From NCBI GenBank assembly GCA_028534125.1, contig CM052816.1, positions 50,408,001 through 50,472,000 of the forward strand: a stretch of 64,000 nt of DNA, in the 5' to 3' direction. This document shows, one piece after another, positions 1-13,858 of this stretch. Below the pieces are notes generated by a model that had not been told where the DNA came from, made no database searches, and saw nothing but the letters and a program-made list of their open reading frames with translations. The position numbers and the translations under genes were made by a program. Numbering within the stretch: position 1 is the first letter of the stretch; every line of letters begins with the position of its first letter. This DNA comes from Lama glama. Lineage: Eukaryota.

Positions 1-354
1 CACAAAAAAAATGAGTTCCAAAAGGGTCACCTTAAATTGATGGATGAAAAATAAGCTGTACAAGCAGAGAGCAATAATTCAAGGACAGGACCAGCAGAAA
101 ACAGCTACTGGTGAGCCAGAGCTGTGAGCTGAATAGATATTCCAACTGGTACACACACTGAGAGATGTAGAACTTTTGACCAGTAGAGTAAAATATCACA
201 CTGAAAATGCTGAGCATTCAATGATACCCCTAAAAGGTCTGGACCCACCCTAAGAAAGCTTGAAAAAAAAAGAAAAGAAAAAGGATCCAGCTTTTCTGCC
301 AGTAAATTAACTGCCTGTCAGAGCAAAAAGTAGCACTCTTTAAAGGAAGACAAC

Positions 355-520
355 AGATTCCAGTTTCCTCCCTTACTGTCTGTGTAACCTTGGCCAACTG
401 CTTAATTTCACTGTGGATAATAACAGTACCTACTTCATTCCGTTGTTTTAAGTTAAGTATATGAATATTTGTAAAGCACCTAGCCTGGCGCATTAACGTT
501 GTGTAAATGTTTATTATTAT
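355..520 (+). mobile_element. MIR SINE
   Basis: tgtgtaaccttggccaactgcttaatttc..ataataacagtacctacttca..tgtaaagcacctag. Confidence 0.75.
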
Positions 521-1439
521 CAAGGGAACTGATTTTTGGATGGGATTGCTAAGAGAGTATGTGTAGGGAAAAGAGCCATGTGAAAAATATTTCTACTGTG
601 GGTCTCAGTAAAAGTTGCAAACCTTATTTTAGAGCATAAGGCATTTTTGAAAGAGACAGATTTTTCTTCTGAGGTGAGAAAAAAGGATACATGACCTGGG
701 ACTGGGAAAGCATTATTCTCTACCAGAATTGATTCACCTAAGCATTATACATGACAAAAGAAACAGGTTTGTTGTGCTTCTTAGATTTTCAAATAAATGA
801 CATGAATGCAATGATTTAACAAATGCATTAACTTAAAAATCTTACAAGTCAAATTTTTACTTTCTTAATTAGTTTATGTATTACTGAATTTTTAACACAG
901 TGAGTGAATCACTCTTGGAAACTCCTGTGGGACATTAACTACATATCAAATATAAAGACTGGTTTTCACACTCCTGTATTACTTATTTTGGGTTACATTA
1001 GAAGCCCTTCAAAAATAATCTTTGCTTCTTCTGACAGTGCCCTTAGCAGATAAATTTCGGAACTCTCAATAGCTCAGGGTACCAGCTCTCCCTGGAGATC
1101 CTGCCCACTTTCACAGCTTCAGCAACCATCTGCACACAAGGGCACAAGCATCTACCCTTGTGTGCCTTCCCAGTTCTGGACATAGAATTCCAACTATTCC
1201 CAAGATAATTTTTTTTTAATCTGAGGTCTCCCCAAAACAAATTCAGTATAAAAAATTTTAAATCATTAGTTTTGATTACTAGCCTTACCATCTACCTACT
1301 AAATTAAGATAGAAACCTTAAAGTCAGAATGTTCCCTTTTGTGTGGAAGAATCAAGTTCTGTCAATTCAGTCTCTAATAGCTCGCCATCTCTACCCACTT
1401 TATGTTGGAGGACAGTTTTCTCTCATTTTAATTTAATAC

Positions 1440-2050
1440 ACTTTCCATTCATCTCTGCCTTCTGGGTTTCCTCATTCTGGTCCCATCCTCCACACTCCAA
1501 TCAGTTTTCTTTCTAAAGTATCAGTCTAGGTGTATTACTCTCAGACTTTCCACCCAGAGCATTTCTCACCATTTCACCACACATGTTCTGAGCCAGTCAC
1601 ATACAATTTGTCACCCTTTCTTGAATTTGTCCTAGTCTTTTACTCTTCTTTTAAAAAAGCCTTTATGCCTTTGCATATGTTGTTTTCTCTGCCAGCAATG
1701 TCTTGTACTTACTCAACCTGCGCATTCTTTAGCTCTGCTCCTTACTTTTCAATACACAGTTCAGATCTCACCAGCTCTGTAAACCAACCTCTAACCTTCA
1801 CAGCACTTTCTCCATAGCATTTTAAACATTTTTAATCATTCATTCACTTACCATATACTGAGTACCTTCTAAAATTGTACACTTGTTACTTTACATTTTA
1901 ATTAATTGTTTCGATGTTTCTTTCCTCAAATAGACGACAGACTCCTAAAAGGCAGAGACCACTTCTTGTTTAACATGGCAACCCTGGAGCCAGACATCAG
2001 GCTCAGCACCTAACAGGCGCTTAACAAATGTAGGAGTAAATAAATTAATT
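1440..2050 (+). mobile_element. LINE-2 3' end
   Basis: ctttatgcctttgcatatgttgttttctctgcc..actcctaaaaggcagagacc..taacaggcgcttaacaaatgt. Confidence 0.7.
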
Positions 2051-3845
2051 TGATGCTTTCTAATTTTCTTCTACCCTACAAATGTTTCTGTTCTCCCCAA
2101 CAAAATTTAAAATTCTATGGGAACAGTATCATTAGGCATTTAATTTTTAATGACAGAGTCTAGTGTGAACAGGAATTAAACAACTTTTATAAAGAGATAC
2201 AAGCCTCCTTAAGAGCTGTCTGAATCTTGGAATCATTAACATTTATTTGTGGTCTCCTAGCAACTAACCATTTATTAAAGGAAAAGTTAACCCTATTTTG
2301 CTTAGTATCTTATGCTTCAAAAATTCTGTCTTAAAAACTTTTATACTTCCTAAGAAAATGGTTTAAAATTTTTTTATTACTGATGAACCTTGGAGCCATA
2401 TTGTTAAAAGGTATGACTCAAGCTTGCTGCTTCTATGAAAAATAGATTGATTCATGGAAAAATCAAACTTACTTCAACATGAAGAAAACCACTTATATAA
2501 ATACAATTGTCTCTTATTTGCTCATAAACACACACAGATGAATGCTTTGTGTCTATTAGCATTTATTAGTGTTTATTACTTTATTTTCCACCTTATTCTT
2601 TAATATTTGTTTTATTTTATTTAAAATTAAGCTGCAAATCACAGAATTTGCTCAAGAAAGGCTTGTGAGCATTTAATAACATCTACTGACCCAAATAAGC
2701 ACTAATTATTAGCACACAGCTGCTTTGTCCAAATTTTGAAAGGCTCAAGGGGATGAAGGCTCATTGTTTATCCTAACAAGTTACATTTCTCTGAAGCTTG
2801 GCAAATCCCTTCTCCAAAATCAAAAGTACTTTTTACAGAGGCAAGAGATCCTCTTTTCTGAAGACCACCACTCTCTCTATTCACAAATCTCTTATCATAT
2901 TTTAATAAGATTAAATTCCAGAAATACTTTTAAAAATATATGAATTTCTAAAATGACAGTTGTTAGCATATTTTCTTTAAATATTTTTTGAAAAATTATA
3001 TAAAATAGTAATATTTTATTGCATTTAACAGTGGTATTTCTTACCATCACCACCACCAATAGTGATATTAATAATGATGCTAGCTTCAGCTAATTTTTAT
3101 TGTTATGTTGACAAATATGGTATTAAATGATATATATTTATCAATATGAAATGATAATTAATATATACTATATAAATATATATTTAAAGAGGCTTAAATT
3201 TAAATGTTTTTAAATCTATAGTGGTCTCCATTAATATACCACCCCCACCTTGGGACTACAAATAAAGTAAAGCATAGATTTTCCTAGTGACATAGAAGAA
3301 ATGTTCTTCTAGCTCAGGCTGATTGATTTTATAACCACTGTAAGTTTTCTCTTGATTATATTTCTAGATGATACATTCTGATGGGCAGAATTATCAAGTA
3401 TCTTAGGACTTTCCAAAAATTAGATGGAGGGAAATAAAGCTGAGATTTCAGAATTACTGGGATGGCATTAGGTAGACGAAAACTTAGGAATACCCTTCCA
3501 CAAATAGCATTACAAAGTTATCTCCTAGGACACCGTACTTTCCCTGACTTCATCATAGAACAAACTTTCATATACTGGAATGTTAATGTATTAATGAACA
3601 GACTTTAAATGCATTGGAAAACTGCAAATTTAGAGCTGACTGAACTTCAGAGATTATCTAATTTTCCCCTTAAATTTTACAGATAAGAAAAATGAAATGC
3701 AAGAGGTTATCAAAAAATGCCTTAACCAGAGAAGGAGGGTATTCTAGAACTGCAGAGGAATCCTAGGTTTCCATAGTGCTGTAAAAATTGTGGTATTAAT
3801 CATTCATTAATTATTGTTGATAACTAGATGCTTCAAAAGTGGTGT

Positions 3846-4143
3846 ACAGTCGGTCTTAATTTTCCACAGATTCAACCAACTGCAGATCAAAAATATTTGG
3901 GGAAAAAGTTCCAGGAAGTTCCAAAACACAAAACTTGTTGCACCCTGCCAACTATTTACACAGCATTTACACTGCATTAGGTATCATAAGTAATCTAGCG
4001 ATGATTTAAAGTATATGGGAGGATGTGCATAGATTGTATGCAAATACTACACCACTTTATATACGGGATTTGAGCATCCTTAAAGTTTCGTATCCACAGG
4101 GGTCTTGGAACTAATCCTTCATGGATACCAAGTGAGTACTCTA
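3846..4143 (-). mobile_element. MER2/Tigger-family DNA transposon fossil
   Basis: Reverse complement of the MER2-like core (aagtaatctagcgatgatttaaagtatatgggaggatgtgcatag..tatgcaaatactacacca). Confidence 0.8.
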
Positions 4144-4569
4144 GTCAATTATTAACAATAGCAACTTCCTCCAGAGTGTCGAAGGATAAGGAAGAGTATA
4201 GGAGGCTCTTAGTCTTTCTCTGGGTTCAGTTTCAGAGAAAATCAGAATCAACTGGGTATTTCCATTTGCCTTTTGCACAGACAGACACAGGAAAACATAG
4301 TTATCCAAGTCAAAGTCAGAGAAATAAGTAAGATTTATACTGTTATTGGACTTCTTAAACTATGAAAGGTTCTTTACAGATTGATCCTTTCTATGAATAC
4401 AATTACATTATAATGTCTCAATAATTTTATTTTCCAGTATAGTAAATGTCAAAATAGCTGTCTGACTTCAATAGTCTTTACATTAAATCTTGTCAGTTCA
4501 CTTGTGTAAAATAAGTTAAGAGTTAACAACCAAATCTAGTTATTGATAGTAAAAAGCTTAAAGAACAGA

Positions 4570-4790
4570 GTGAGTAATTAAATAGCAGGGACTTTATTGT
4601 CAGCCACAAGTGAGTTCAAATTTTGGCTGTTTCTCTTACTAGTTGAGTGACCTTGGACAAATTACTTAACCTCTCTTGAACTGAGAGCTATAAGTCCTAT
4701 TATTGATTGTGGTCAAGATGAAAAGAGATGAATTATGTAAAGCACCTAGCATGGCATCCCAACAGGGCAGCATAAAATCAATGTTAGTTC
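4570..4790 (+). mobile_element. MIR SINE
   Basis: gagttcaaattttggct..gtgaccttggacaaattacttaacctctct..tgtaaagcacctagca. Confidence 0.75.
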
Positions 4791-7538
4791 ACTTTCCCAT
4801 TACTCTTTTGACCAGAAACTTACCAGACTCATGACCTTGCTCTTAAACAAGATTTGATTACAATAATCCTAATTTAGATACTAGGATGAAAGAGGGGTAA
4901 GATGTTATCTAAATGGATTTGGACAAAACTGTACATATTCAGTTCTCAGTCTCGAACTGTAAGTAGCAGACGAAAGTCCTAATGCTCTAATGCCCTAATT
5001 TTTTTGCCCAGCAACCTGAGAAACTTGACAACTCAGCTACTGTTAGATTTTTTGACTTGAGGCAATAGTTCTACTAAAGACCTTTGTGGAGCATTTCCTA
5101 GTAAGGTTTTTTCACAGACCCGTTATAAAACTATTAGGACAATTCAATGTGACAAAAATGTTGGCTACCTATGAGATACAAAGCACGGTGCTGATGCTGG
5201 AAAGCAAGGGTAAACCAAGGTATTATCCCTTCTCTTTAGGAGCTCACAATCAGGCACGTCGACAACTAACTAAATGGGTGGCATTTGTTGAACATTTTAA
5301 AATTGACAGAGTACAGAAAATGTAAAAGCTGATTTTCACGAAAAGGCTGAAATATCCATTGCAACTTTTTTCGTGAAACTATCTTACGGAAGCACAATTA
5401 GTTGGCACTCTGTTAAAGTATTTTAGGATATGGTCTCACAGAAAGAAAAGAATAATGAGGAATAAAAGTTAGCTTTGGGGTGGTGTCCAACAAAATAGAG
5501 ATTTAAACCAGGCTGACCTGCAGATGAAAGAAGTGTATTTTGTAGGGAAAGTCATTAAAAACACCTTATTACACGTTGTAAAGTCCAACAGCAGAGGGAA
5601 TTGTGACTCATTTAAACTCTAACAAATGACGAATCTACGTAAGTGGGTCTCACAGGCACTTTATAATCATAATCAATGAATCTGTGAGTAAGTGGCACAG
5701 CAGCCAAAGAATAGAGAATGAATGGAGTCTTTTAGGCTAATTTGGTTATGGCATGATGTTTAAATAAGTGTTATGAAGCTTAGAGAAAAACAACTGAATA
5801 AACCATACTTTATCCTTCTGAAATAGGTAGGAAATTGCATCAAATAAAAGTCATATAACTGCTGGCCTTTGTTTAGCAATATTACAATGCTAAAATAAAC
5901 TCTGAGGCAGCCCTGATGTTATGCTGTATAATAATGATAGAAGACCAAATCTGTCAAATTTTACCAATGATGCTTAAACAACATGGCAGGTAAAATGAAT
6001 TAAAAATAATAATCCAATGTAAATTGCATTTATTGTGTCCATCTCAAATATATTCAATTATACTGCAAAGGATTCATTCACCACTTTAAAAAAATGTGAA
6101 AAATCCTATATTGTGTGCAAGGCACTGTGCTAGGTGATAAAGGAGTAACACTGAATTAACTCAACTACCTCTTAGAACACAGAGAACAAAGACAATGGGA
6201 AACAAAGACAACTGTATTTTAAAAGTTCTTTAGAATCAATAAATTCCTACATGAAAGAGTAACATCGATAAGAGTAATACTAGTCCACGTGCTCTACAGA
6301 GTGCAAATACTTTCATATCTATTATTGATAAATGGCTTCCAGAAACCCTGCCTGATATAGAGGTAAGGGACACATATCCTTCTCCACAATAATAAAGGGA
6401 AGATTAGACATGAGCTCTCAGCTCACGGTCTAAATCTTTTCCATTAAAATAGGCTATGCCTCTCCTTATGAACACTGTATTTTATTTTCATGATGCTGAC
6501 ATTCAAACAAGGAAGTAGCACTAAACTGCAGTACCACCTAAAACATGTGGATTGGTACAATTTATATATTTAAACGAGCAGATAGAATGATACACAAGCA
6601 ACTCTACGCAAAAAAAAGGAATTCTTGTAAGAGGGTAACTTTTCTTTAGAATTACAAAAAGCTGGTGATTCAAGAGATGTCAATTTTTCCTCCTAAGAGA
6701 ACTACACAGATTAATTCTTAAAGTATTTAATTTTTTGTTTTTAATTTTCTGTTCCTAAATAAGCATGAAGTGAAGCAACAGAAAGATGCTAATAAAGTGG
6801 CGGCATCTTCATCTCATGTTTTTAAAGTAACACACTTCTTATTCCAAGTTACCAAGTGACTGAGCAGCCAATCACACTTTTTATAATATCAGCTATGAAA
6901 AACTGGCTTTGAAATGAAGGCTTTCCAACTGACAGCATGACTATGGGAGGTTCTCCATTTAACTATCAGATGCTATTTTTTGTTTGTTTTGGTTATCTTT
7001 GGGTTTAAAAGAATGTAAAAGAAAGGTTGTCACTTAAAAAGTAATTAAATTTTTTAAAGAAATGATTCATTATTCCTGATCTCCTTTGTAATGGAAATTA
7101 CAGCAAGTATATAATACTTTTTTCACACACCAAGTTTTAAAGATACTATTCACATGAATCCTGACTCTAATGATAGCAAAGTCTAATTTTCTTTCATTTG
7201 GGAAAACTATACCATACTATAGCAGAGAAAGCTACTGAGAAGACTTGATATGCAGTTGAAAAATCATGAAAAGAAACCTTTAGAATTTGAAAAAAAAAAA
7301 GTCACATTAATTACTCTTTGAAACTCATCTCTTTTATTAAGGAAAGTGGCAAGAGTTTTGTCAGGGAAACGAAATCTACTTAATATTTTTTAAAATCTCT
7401 CAAAAATTGATTCTATTAAAATTTTTATTTTAAAATATAGTCTCACCTAACTTCATAAATTTTGCAATTCCAAATCAAGTATACTATAAATACATCTATG
7501 AAACAGAATAACCAATAAAAGTAAGCAAAGAAGATAGG

Positions 7539-7655
7539 TGAAGAAGAATATGAAAATGAATATATATGTATGTTCATGTATGACTGCAACATTATGCTGT
7601 ACACCAGAAATTGATACACTGTAAACTGACTATACTTCAATTTAAAAAAAAAAAC
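7539..7655 (+). mobile_element. Short L1 3' end with A-tail
   Basis: gaatatgaaaatgaatatatatg...tgctgtacaccagaaattgatacactgtaaactgactatacttcaatt(A)n; matches 63060-63162. Confidence 0.85.
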
Positions 7656-8954
7656 CCAAAACAAGAAAAGATAAATGCACAGAGCCTCTATTTCAGTAAA
7701 CATTACTTATTAAAGACTTAAGATCAATGAAATTAATTCCAGTATAGAAAAGCAAATTTAAAAATATATCAAATATTGTTATGCACTTTATTTAATTTTC
7801 AATAATCTCACGTTCTATTGGAAATAAATTAACTTTCTAATAATGAAAATGCTGAACTGTGGAAAATGGTGCATGCTGTATTTGAAAATGCATACTAATT
7901 ACCATATTAAAGATGGAACAATTTAGAAGTAAAGAAACATATTTAATTTTTATTAACTCAGTGTTCTCCAAACTTTTTGGTCACAGAATTCATTTTTAGC
8001 AAAAAATATTTTAATATTTGTCTGCTGGAATAGTTTTAATGGAGTGAAGATCATTTCTTAGAAGATATTTCTCTGGTTCAAATTTATCTTCCTGTTAGTA
8101 CTCAATTTTAACTTTTTTTTCCAAATGAAAAGAAGAAATGCATTCAAAGCAAGGCATATAGCATTTTCTTCAAAATCCATCATTGGTCTTTTGAGTTAAC
8201 AATAACAGAAGCATCCCTGACACCACTGTTAACACTAATGGCCCCAGCAGTTTTAATAACCCTGGAGTCACCAAGGTGATATAATGAAGAAAGTGTCCAG
8301 GCTGACCTGTATAATCTTAGTTAATGCATATTGTAGTCATCACAGTATTTACCAGCATAATACCTGAGAATATCATGGTATATGCCAAAGCCTCATATCT
8401 CCAGTCCGGCTTACACAATAATTGTTTTTAAAAAAATTCCCAGTTATATTGCGTCTTTCCCAGTTCCCTCCCAATACCATAAAACGCATCTCCAATGATA
8501 AACAGTGGAGCACTATATCAAGAGACATGGAAAGAATGAACTATAGTGTTTAAATTCTGGAGTTGTTTCTATTGATTTCAATCACCTTTTGATGGGATTC
8601 AGTTAAGGTACTAATCTGCATTGGACAAATCCTCTGTAAATCAAGATGGTCCCTTTTTTTTGCATGAAGGGAGCTGGAAATATTAGGTTGAAATATACAG
8701 AATTGCCGATATTTGGCTATTATTAACATGCATACATCCCATATTGCTACTATAGGGATGGTAAGGAGCATTTCTAATTACATCTTAATCAAAAAAAAGT
8801 GATGGTAAGTGTTTAAGACAGAGAGGAAAGCAGAATATCACAAAAGGCCTTACAAAAGAGAATGTAGCCAAAACTGATGACATGAGTTTGTACTTAAAAT
8901 TCAGCATCTAGGACACTTTACTTCAGCTCTGGACTTTGTTGTTGTTGTTTTCAC

Positions 8955-9026
8955 TTAACTTTTTATCAAAGTATAGTCAGTTTACAATGTTGTGTTAATT
9001 TCTGGTGTAAACCATAGTGATTCAGT

Positions 9027-9067
<41 letters not shown>

Positions 9068-9100
9068 GCCTTTTCATATTATTTTTCATTATAGGCTATC
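8955..9100 (-). mobile_element. Short L1 3' end containing a (CA)n tract
   Basis: aagtatagtcagtttacaatgttgtgttaatttctggtgt...ttttcattatagg; similar to 62080-62332. Confidence 0.8.
9029..9060. repeat. (CA)n microsatellite
   Basis: Perfect dinucleotide tract. Confidence 0.98.
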
Positions 9101-9809
9101 AAGGCATTGATGAACTTTTTTTAATGAAGGAAGTTTACCACCAAAGTTTACATGCTATGAATAAAAAAAAAAAAACAAAAATCTTTCAAAACAATGTTTT
9201 TGAAAATAGTGAAACATAGATACCTATTGTGAATGGATGATCACTAACTATTGGCCAACTTCTAAACCCTAGGTGTAGACTCAGTTTTTCAACAACTGAG
9301 CACTGGTGAATTTATTATAGCAATTCTTGAACATATTAATTCCTTCTCAAGTGTTGGCTGAGATTAGAGATTAGTTTTGCCTCTTTAGAGCCTTTATGCA
9401 AGTCTTACTTCAGAAAGAAACTTTGGAGGCACAAAATTTCTTGGTTTTTCCTCTCAAGTAGTAAGAGCAAGATGCTCTTATAATCAAGATGACATATTTA
9501 AAAGTACTATCACAATGGGAAATTCAATATGAAACCAACATTCAGTCTACCATATACATTCAAAATTATGAACAATAAACATACTGCATTATAAAAATTG
9601 TTATACATTATTTCAATGATCACAGAACTAAGACTAAATAAAGAACTTTTTAAGAAAATAGAGCAAAATGCACATTGTAAAATATAGATACCTAGTTTCT
9701 TTCCTAGGAAACTCCTTGACCAATTCACTTCACCAAGCATGAAGGATTTCTGATATTGGTATGGAAAATACAACTTTTTCAGGAGATGACTCTTAGTCTT
9801 GCTTTTTTC

Positions 9810-10258
9810 CAAGTCTAGCCAAAAGCCATTCTACCTCCTCTTCTTTTCTGATTACAGAGACCCTTCTTGTTACTTTCCACAGGTAAGCCTAAGAGATGAA
9901 GTCTTAACTGGTTAAGCCAATCACCGAAGCTATGCTATTCTCCCTACAAGCGACAGTTTCAGGAAAGGGTCTGTGGCAATTCTTTAAGAAGCCCTGAAAA
10001 AAAATCTACAAAAACATATGATCAATATGATGCTGAAGCAGTGGCAGCCATCTTGTATTTTACCACATGAGAGAAAAAGCCTTCAGACAGCAAAGCAGAA
10101 AGATAAAGTGAACTTGAGTTGTCGATGACATTTGTAGAGATACTAAATTATGCAACCATGGAAATTCTTTATGTTCAAATTTGTTATGTGAGATAATAAA
10201 CTCCTTATTGCTACCTATAATTGAATCGTTGTTACTTGTACCCAAAATCATCCCAACT
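9810..10258 (+). mobile_element. Old MLT1 (J/K/L-like) LTR
   Basis: ggttaagccaatca..gcagccatcttg..gttatgtgagataataaa..ttacttgtacccaaaatcatcccaactg. Confidence 0.6.
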
Positions 10259-10679
10259 GGAAAACAAGCTAATAACTATCTTTAGACAACAATTTTGAAA
10301 ATGCATGCCACAAAGCACAGTGTTAACCAGGGAAAACCATGTAGATAGTTTAAGACATCTATTTCCTAATTATGTGAACAGTTTACTACAGGTCCATTTA
10401 GTATATGACTTCAATACACATAACTACTAGTTTGAGGACTTCTGTATATTTTGAAACATGTTATTATTGGAGTAAAAACAGTTTCAAAGTATATTACATA
10501 CATTTTTCCATCAGTAAAACAGCAAGAGGCCGATACATAAACTGAATTCACTAATTAAATTATTTTTTAAAGTTAGTGCATTCCTTTTAGTTGTGAGACA
10601 CTGAATGAACTAGATGCCAAGAGAGACCACCACCTTCAAGCAAATAACAACCTAACAGAGAGAAACATATCTTCACAGT

Positions 10680-11152
10680 AGATTAAAATGCATGCCTAAT
10701 TGACTCATGATATAAAAAGGAAATAAAGAACAACTTAACAAATACTGGAAATTTTAATAAAGTAGAGCAGTTGAAAATATTTAGGCTGGAACACAGAAAG
10801 CTGAAAGGACTGAAATTATGGAAAAGGATATAAGAAATGTATGGAACATGGTGAAAACTCTAGCATAAGGGAAAGTCTAATATCCATGTAATTGGAAACT
10901 CTGAAAAGGAGAAGAGGAGGAACAGGATAGAGTCAATATTCAAAAACCTACCAGTCAATAATTTTCTCAAACTGGCATCTCAAAAGATGCTAAGCTACCA
11001 ATTCAAGAAGCTGTATGATCTTAAGCAGGAAAAATACAAAAACCACACTTAAGTACATCAGAGAAAAGCTGCTATACACCAGAAACATAGGATAAAATCA
11101 TCAAGTATAAAAAACCCACTAACTTCAAAGGAGCATCACTATGACTAAGAGC
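10680..11152 (+). mobile_element. Ancient L1 (L1M-type) ORF1 region, 5' part, split by the young L1
   Basis: Degenerate ORF1-like DNA (ctaatatccatgtaattggaaactctgaa; aataattttctcaaactg; accacacttaagtacatc; atgactaagagctgattcc). Confidence 0.75.
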
Positions 11153-11829
11153 TGATTCCTTTTTTTTTTTTTTAACATTTTTTTATTGATTTATAATAAC
11201 TTCACAATGTAGTGTCAAATTCCAGTGCAGAGCCCAGTCTCCCAGTTATACATGAACACACCACACATTCATTGCCACATTCCTTTCTCTGTGAGCTACC
11301 ATAAGATCTTGTATATATTTCCCTGTGCTATACAGTATAATCTTGTTTAATCTATTCTACAGTTTGAAATCTCAGTCTACCCCTTCCCACTCCCCCCCCC
11401 ACCTTGGCAACCACATTTGTATTCTATGTCTATGGGTCTATTTCTGTTCTGTATTTATGTTTTGTTTGTTTTTAGATTCCACATATGAACAATCTCATAT
11501 GGTATTTTTCTTTCTCTTTCTGGCTTACTTCACTTAGAATGGCATTCTCCAGAAGCATCCATGTTGCTGCAAATGGCGTTATGTTGTCAGTTTTTATGGC
11601 TGAATAGTATTCCACTATATAAATATACCACACCTTCTTTGTCCAGTCATCTCTTGATAGACATTTAGGCTGTTTCCATGTCTTGGCTATTGTAAATATT
11701 GCTGCTATGAACACTGGGGTGCAGGTGTCATGTTGAAGTAGGGTTCCTTCTGGATATATGCCCAAGAGCGGGATTCCTGGGTCATACGGTAAGTCTATTC
11801 CTAGTCTTTTGAGGAATCTCCATACTGTT

Positions 11830-12329
11830 NNNNNNNNNNNNNNNNNNNNNNNNNNNNNNNNNNNNNNNNNNNNNNNNNNNNNNNNNNNNNNNNNNNNNNN
11901 NNNNNNNNNNNNNNNNNNNNNNNNNNNNNNNNNNNNNNNNNNNNNNNNNNNNNNNNNNNNNNNNNNNNNNNNNNNNNNNNNNNNNNNNNNNNNNNNNNNN
12001 NNNNNNNNNNNNNNNNNNNNNNNNNNNNNNNNNNNNNNNNNNNNNNNNNNNNNNNNNNNNNNNNNNNNNNNNNNNNNNNNNNNNNNNNNNNNNNNNNNNN
12101 NNNNNNNNNNNNNNNNNNNNNNNNNNNNNNNNNNNNNNNNNNNNNNNNNNNNNNNNNNNNNNNNNNNNNNNNNNNNNNNNNNNNNNNNNNNNNNNNNNNN
12201 NNNNNNNNNNNNNNNNNNNNNNNNNNNNNNNNNNNNNNNNNNNNNNNNNNNNNNNNNNNNNNNNNNNNNNNNNNNNNNNNNNNNNNNNNNNNNNNNNNNN
12301 NNNNNNNNNNNNNNNNNNNNNNNNNNNNN
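11830..12329. other. Assembly gap (500 N) inside young L1
   Basis: Run of N. Confidence 1.
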
Positions 12330-12332
12330 GCT

Positions 12333-13849
12333 TCATTGTTTTACATGCTGCTTCCAGTTTTCCCAACACCATTTGCTGAAGAGACTGTCTTTATTCCACT
12401 GTATATTCTTGCCTCCTTTGTCAGAGATTAGTTGACCAAAAGTTTGTGGGTTCATTTCTGGGCTCTCTATTCTGTTCCATTGGTCTATATGTCTGTTTTG
12501 GTACCAATACCATGCTGTCTTGATGACTGTAGCTCTATAGGATTGTCTGAAGTCTGGGAGAGTTATTCCTCCAGCATCTTTCTTTTTCTTCAGTAATGGT
12601 TTGACAATTCTAGGTCTTTGATGGTTCCATATAAATTTTATTATGATTTGTTCTAGTTCTGTGAAATATTTCCTGGGTAATTGGATAGGGATTGCATTAA
12701 ATCTGTAGATTTCCTTGGGCAGTGTGACCATTTTAACAATATTGAGTCTTCCAATCCAAGAGCGTGGGTTATCTTTCCATTTTTTAAAGTCTTCTTTAAT
12801 TTCCTTCATCAATGGTTTATAGTTTTCTGTGTATAATTCTTTCGCCTCTTTGGTTAGATTTATTCCTAGGTATTTTGTTACTTTGGGTGCTATTTTGAAG
12901 GGGATTGTTTCTTTATTTTCTTTTTCTGTTGATTCATCATTAGTGTAAAGAAATGTAACTGATTTTTGAAAATTAATCTTGTAACCTGCTACCCTGCTGA
13001 ATTCTTCCATCAGCTTTAGTAGTTTTTGTGTGGACCTTTTTGGGTTTTCTATATATAGTAATATGTCATCAGCATATAGTGACACTTTTACCTCTTCTTT
13101 TCCAATTTGGATCCCTTTTACTTCTCTCTCTTGCCTGATTGCTGTGGCTAGGACTTCCAAGACTGTGCTGAATAGGAGTGGTGACAGTGGGCATCCTTGT
13201 CTTGTCCCATATTTTAGTGGGAAGCTTTTGAGTTTTTCATCGTTGAGCGCTATGCTGGCTGTAGGTTTGTCATATATAGTTTTTATTAGGTTGAGATACG
13301 TTCCCTCTATACCCACTTTGGTGAGAGTTTGTATCATAAATGGGTGTTGAATTTTATCAAATGCTTTTTCTGCATCTATTGAGATGATCATGTGGCTTTT
13401 GTCCTTTCTCTTGTTGATGTGATGTATTACACTGATTGATCTGCTTATGCTGAACCATCCTTGTGTCCCTGGGATGATGTATCATCTTTTTTATGTGCTG
13501 TTGGATTCTATTTGCTAATATTTTGGTGAGAATTTTTGCATCTATGTTCATCAGTGATATTGGCCTACAATTCTCTTTTTTGGCAGTGTCTTTGCCTGGT
13601 TTTGGTATCAGGGTGATGGTGGCTTCATAGAAAGAGTTTGGGAGTATTCCCTCCTTTTCAATCGTCTGGAAGAGTCTGAGAAGGAGTGGTATGAGTTCTT
13701 TGTATGTTTCGTAGAATTCCCCAGTGAAGCCATCTGGTCCTGGACTTTTATTTGTAGGGAGGTTTCTTTATTGCTAATTTGATTTCATTTCTAGTGATCG
13801 GTTTGTTCAAGTGGTCAGTTTCTTCTTGGTTCAGTCTTGGTGGACTGTA
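12333..13849 (-). pseudogene. L1 ORF2 reverse transcriptase fragment, frameshifted
   Basis: ORF 12333..13391 ([34 protein letters not shown]). Upstream pieces lie in other frames ([31 protein letters not shown]). Confidence 0.95.
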
Positions 13850-13858
13850 TGATTCCTT

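Larger units (their letters stand above)
11162..13849 (-). mobile_element. Young 5'-truncated LINE-1 (ORF2 reverse transcriptase to poly(A))
   Basis: T-run at 11160-11173 and an L1 3'UTR. TSD tgattcctt at 11153-11161 and 13850-13858 (TT/AAGG site on the minus strand). ORF2 peptides include ...[10 protein letters not shown].... Confidence 0.96.

Noticed and set aside
11758..12435. 225-aa and 196-aa ORFs
   Set aside because: Artefacts of translating through the 500-N gap. The same applies to the ORFs spanning 37157-37256.
13030..13350. 106-aa plus-strand ORF
   Set aside because: Antisense shadow of L1 ORF2.
12333..13391. 352-aa reverse transcriptase as a novel retron-like or domesticated RT gene
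   Set aside because: It is an ordinary L1 ORF2 fragment in a 5'-truncated, frameshifted copy with poly(A) and TSD.
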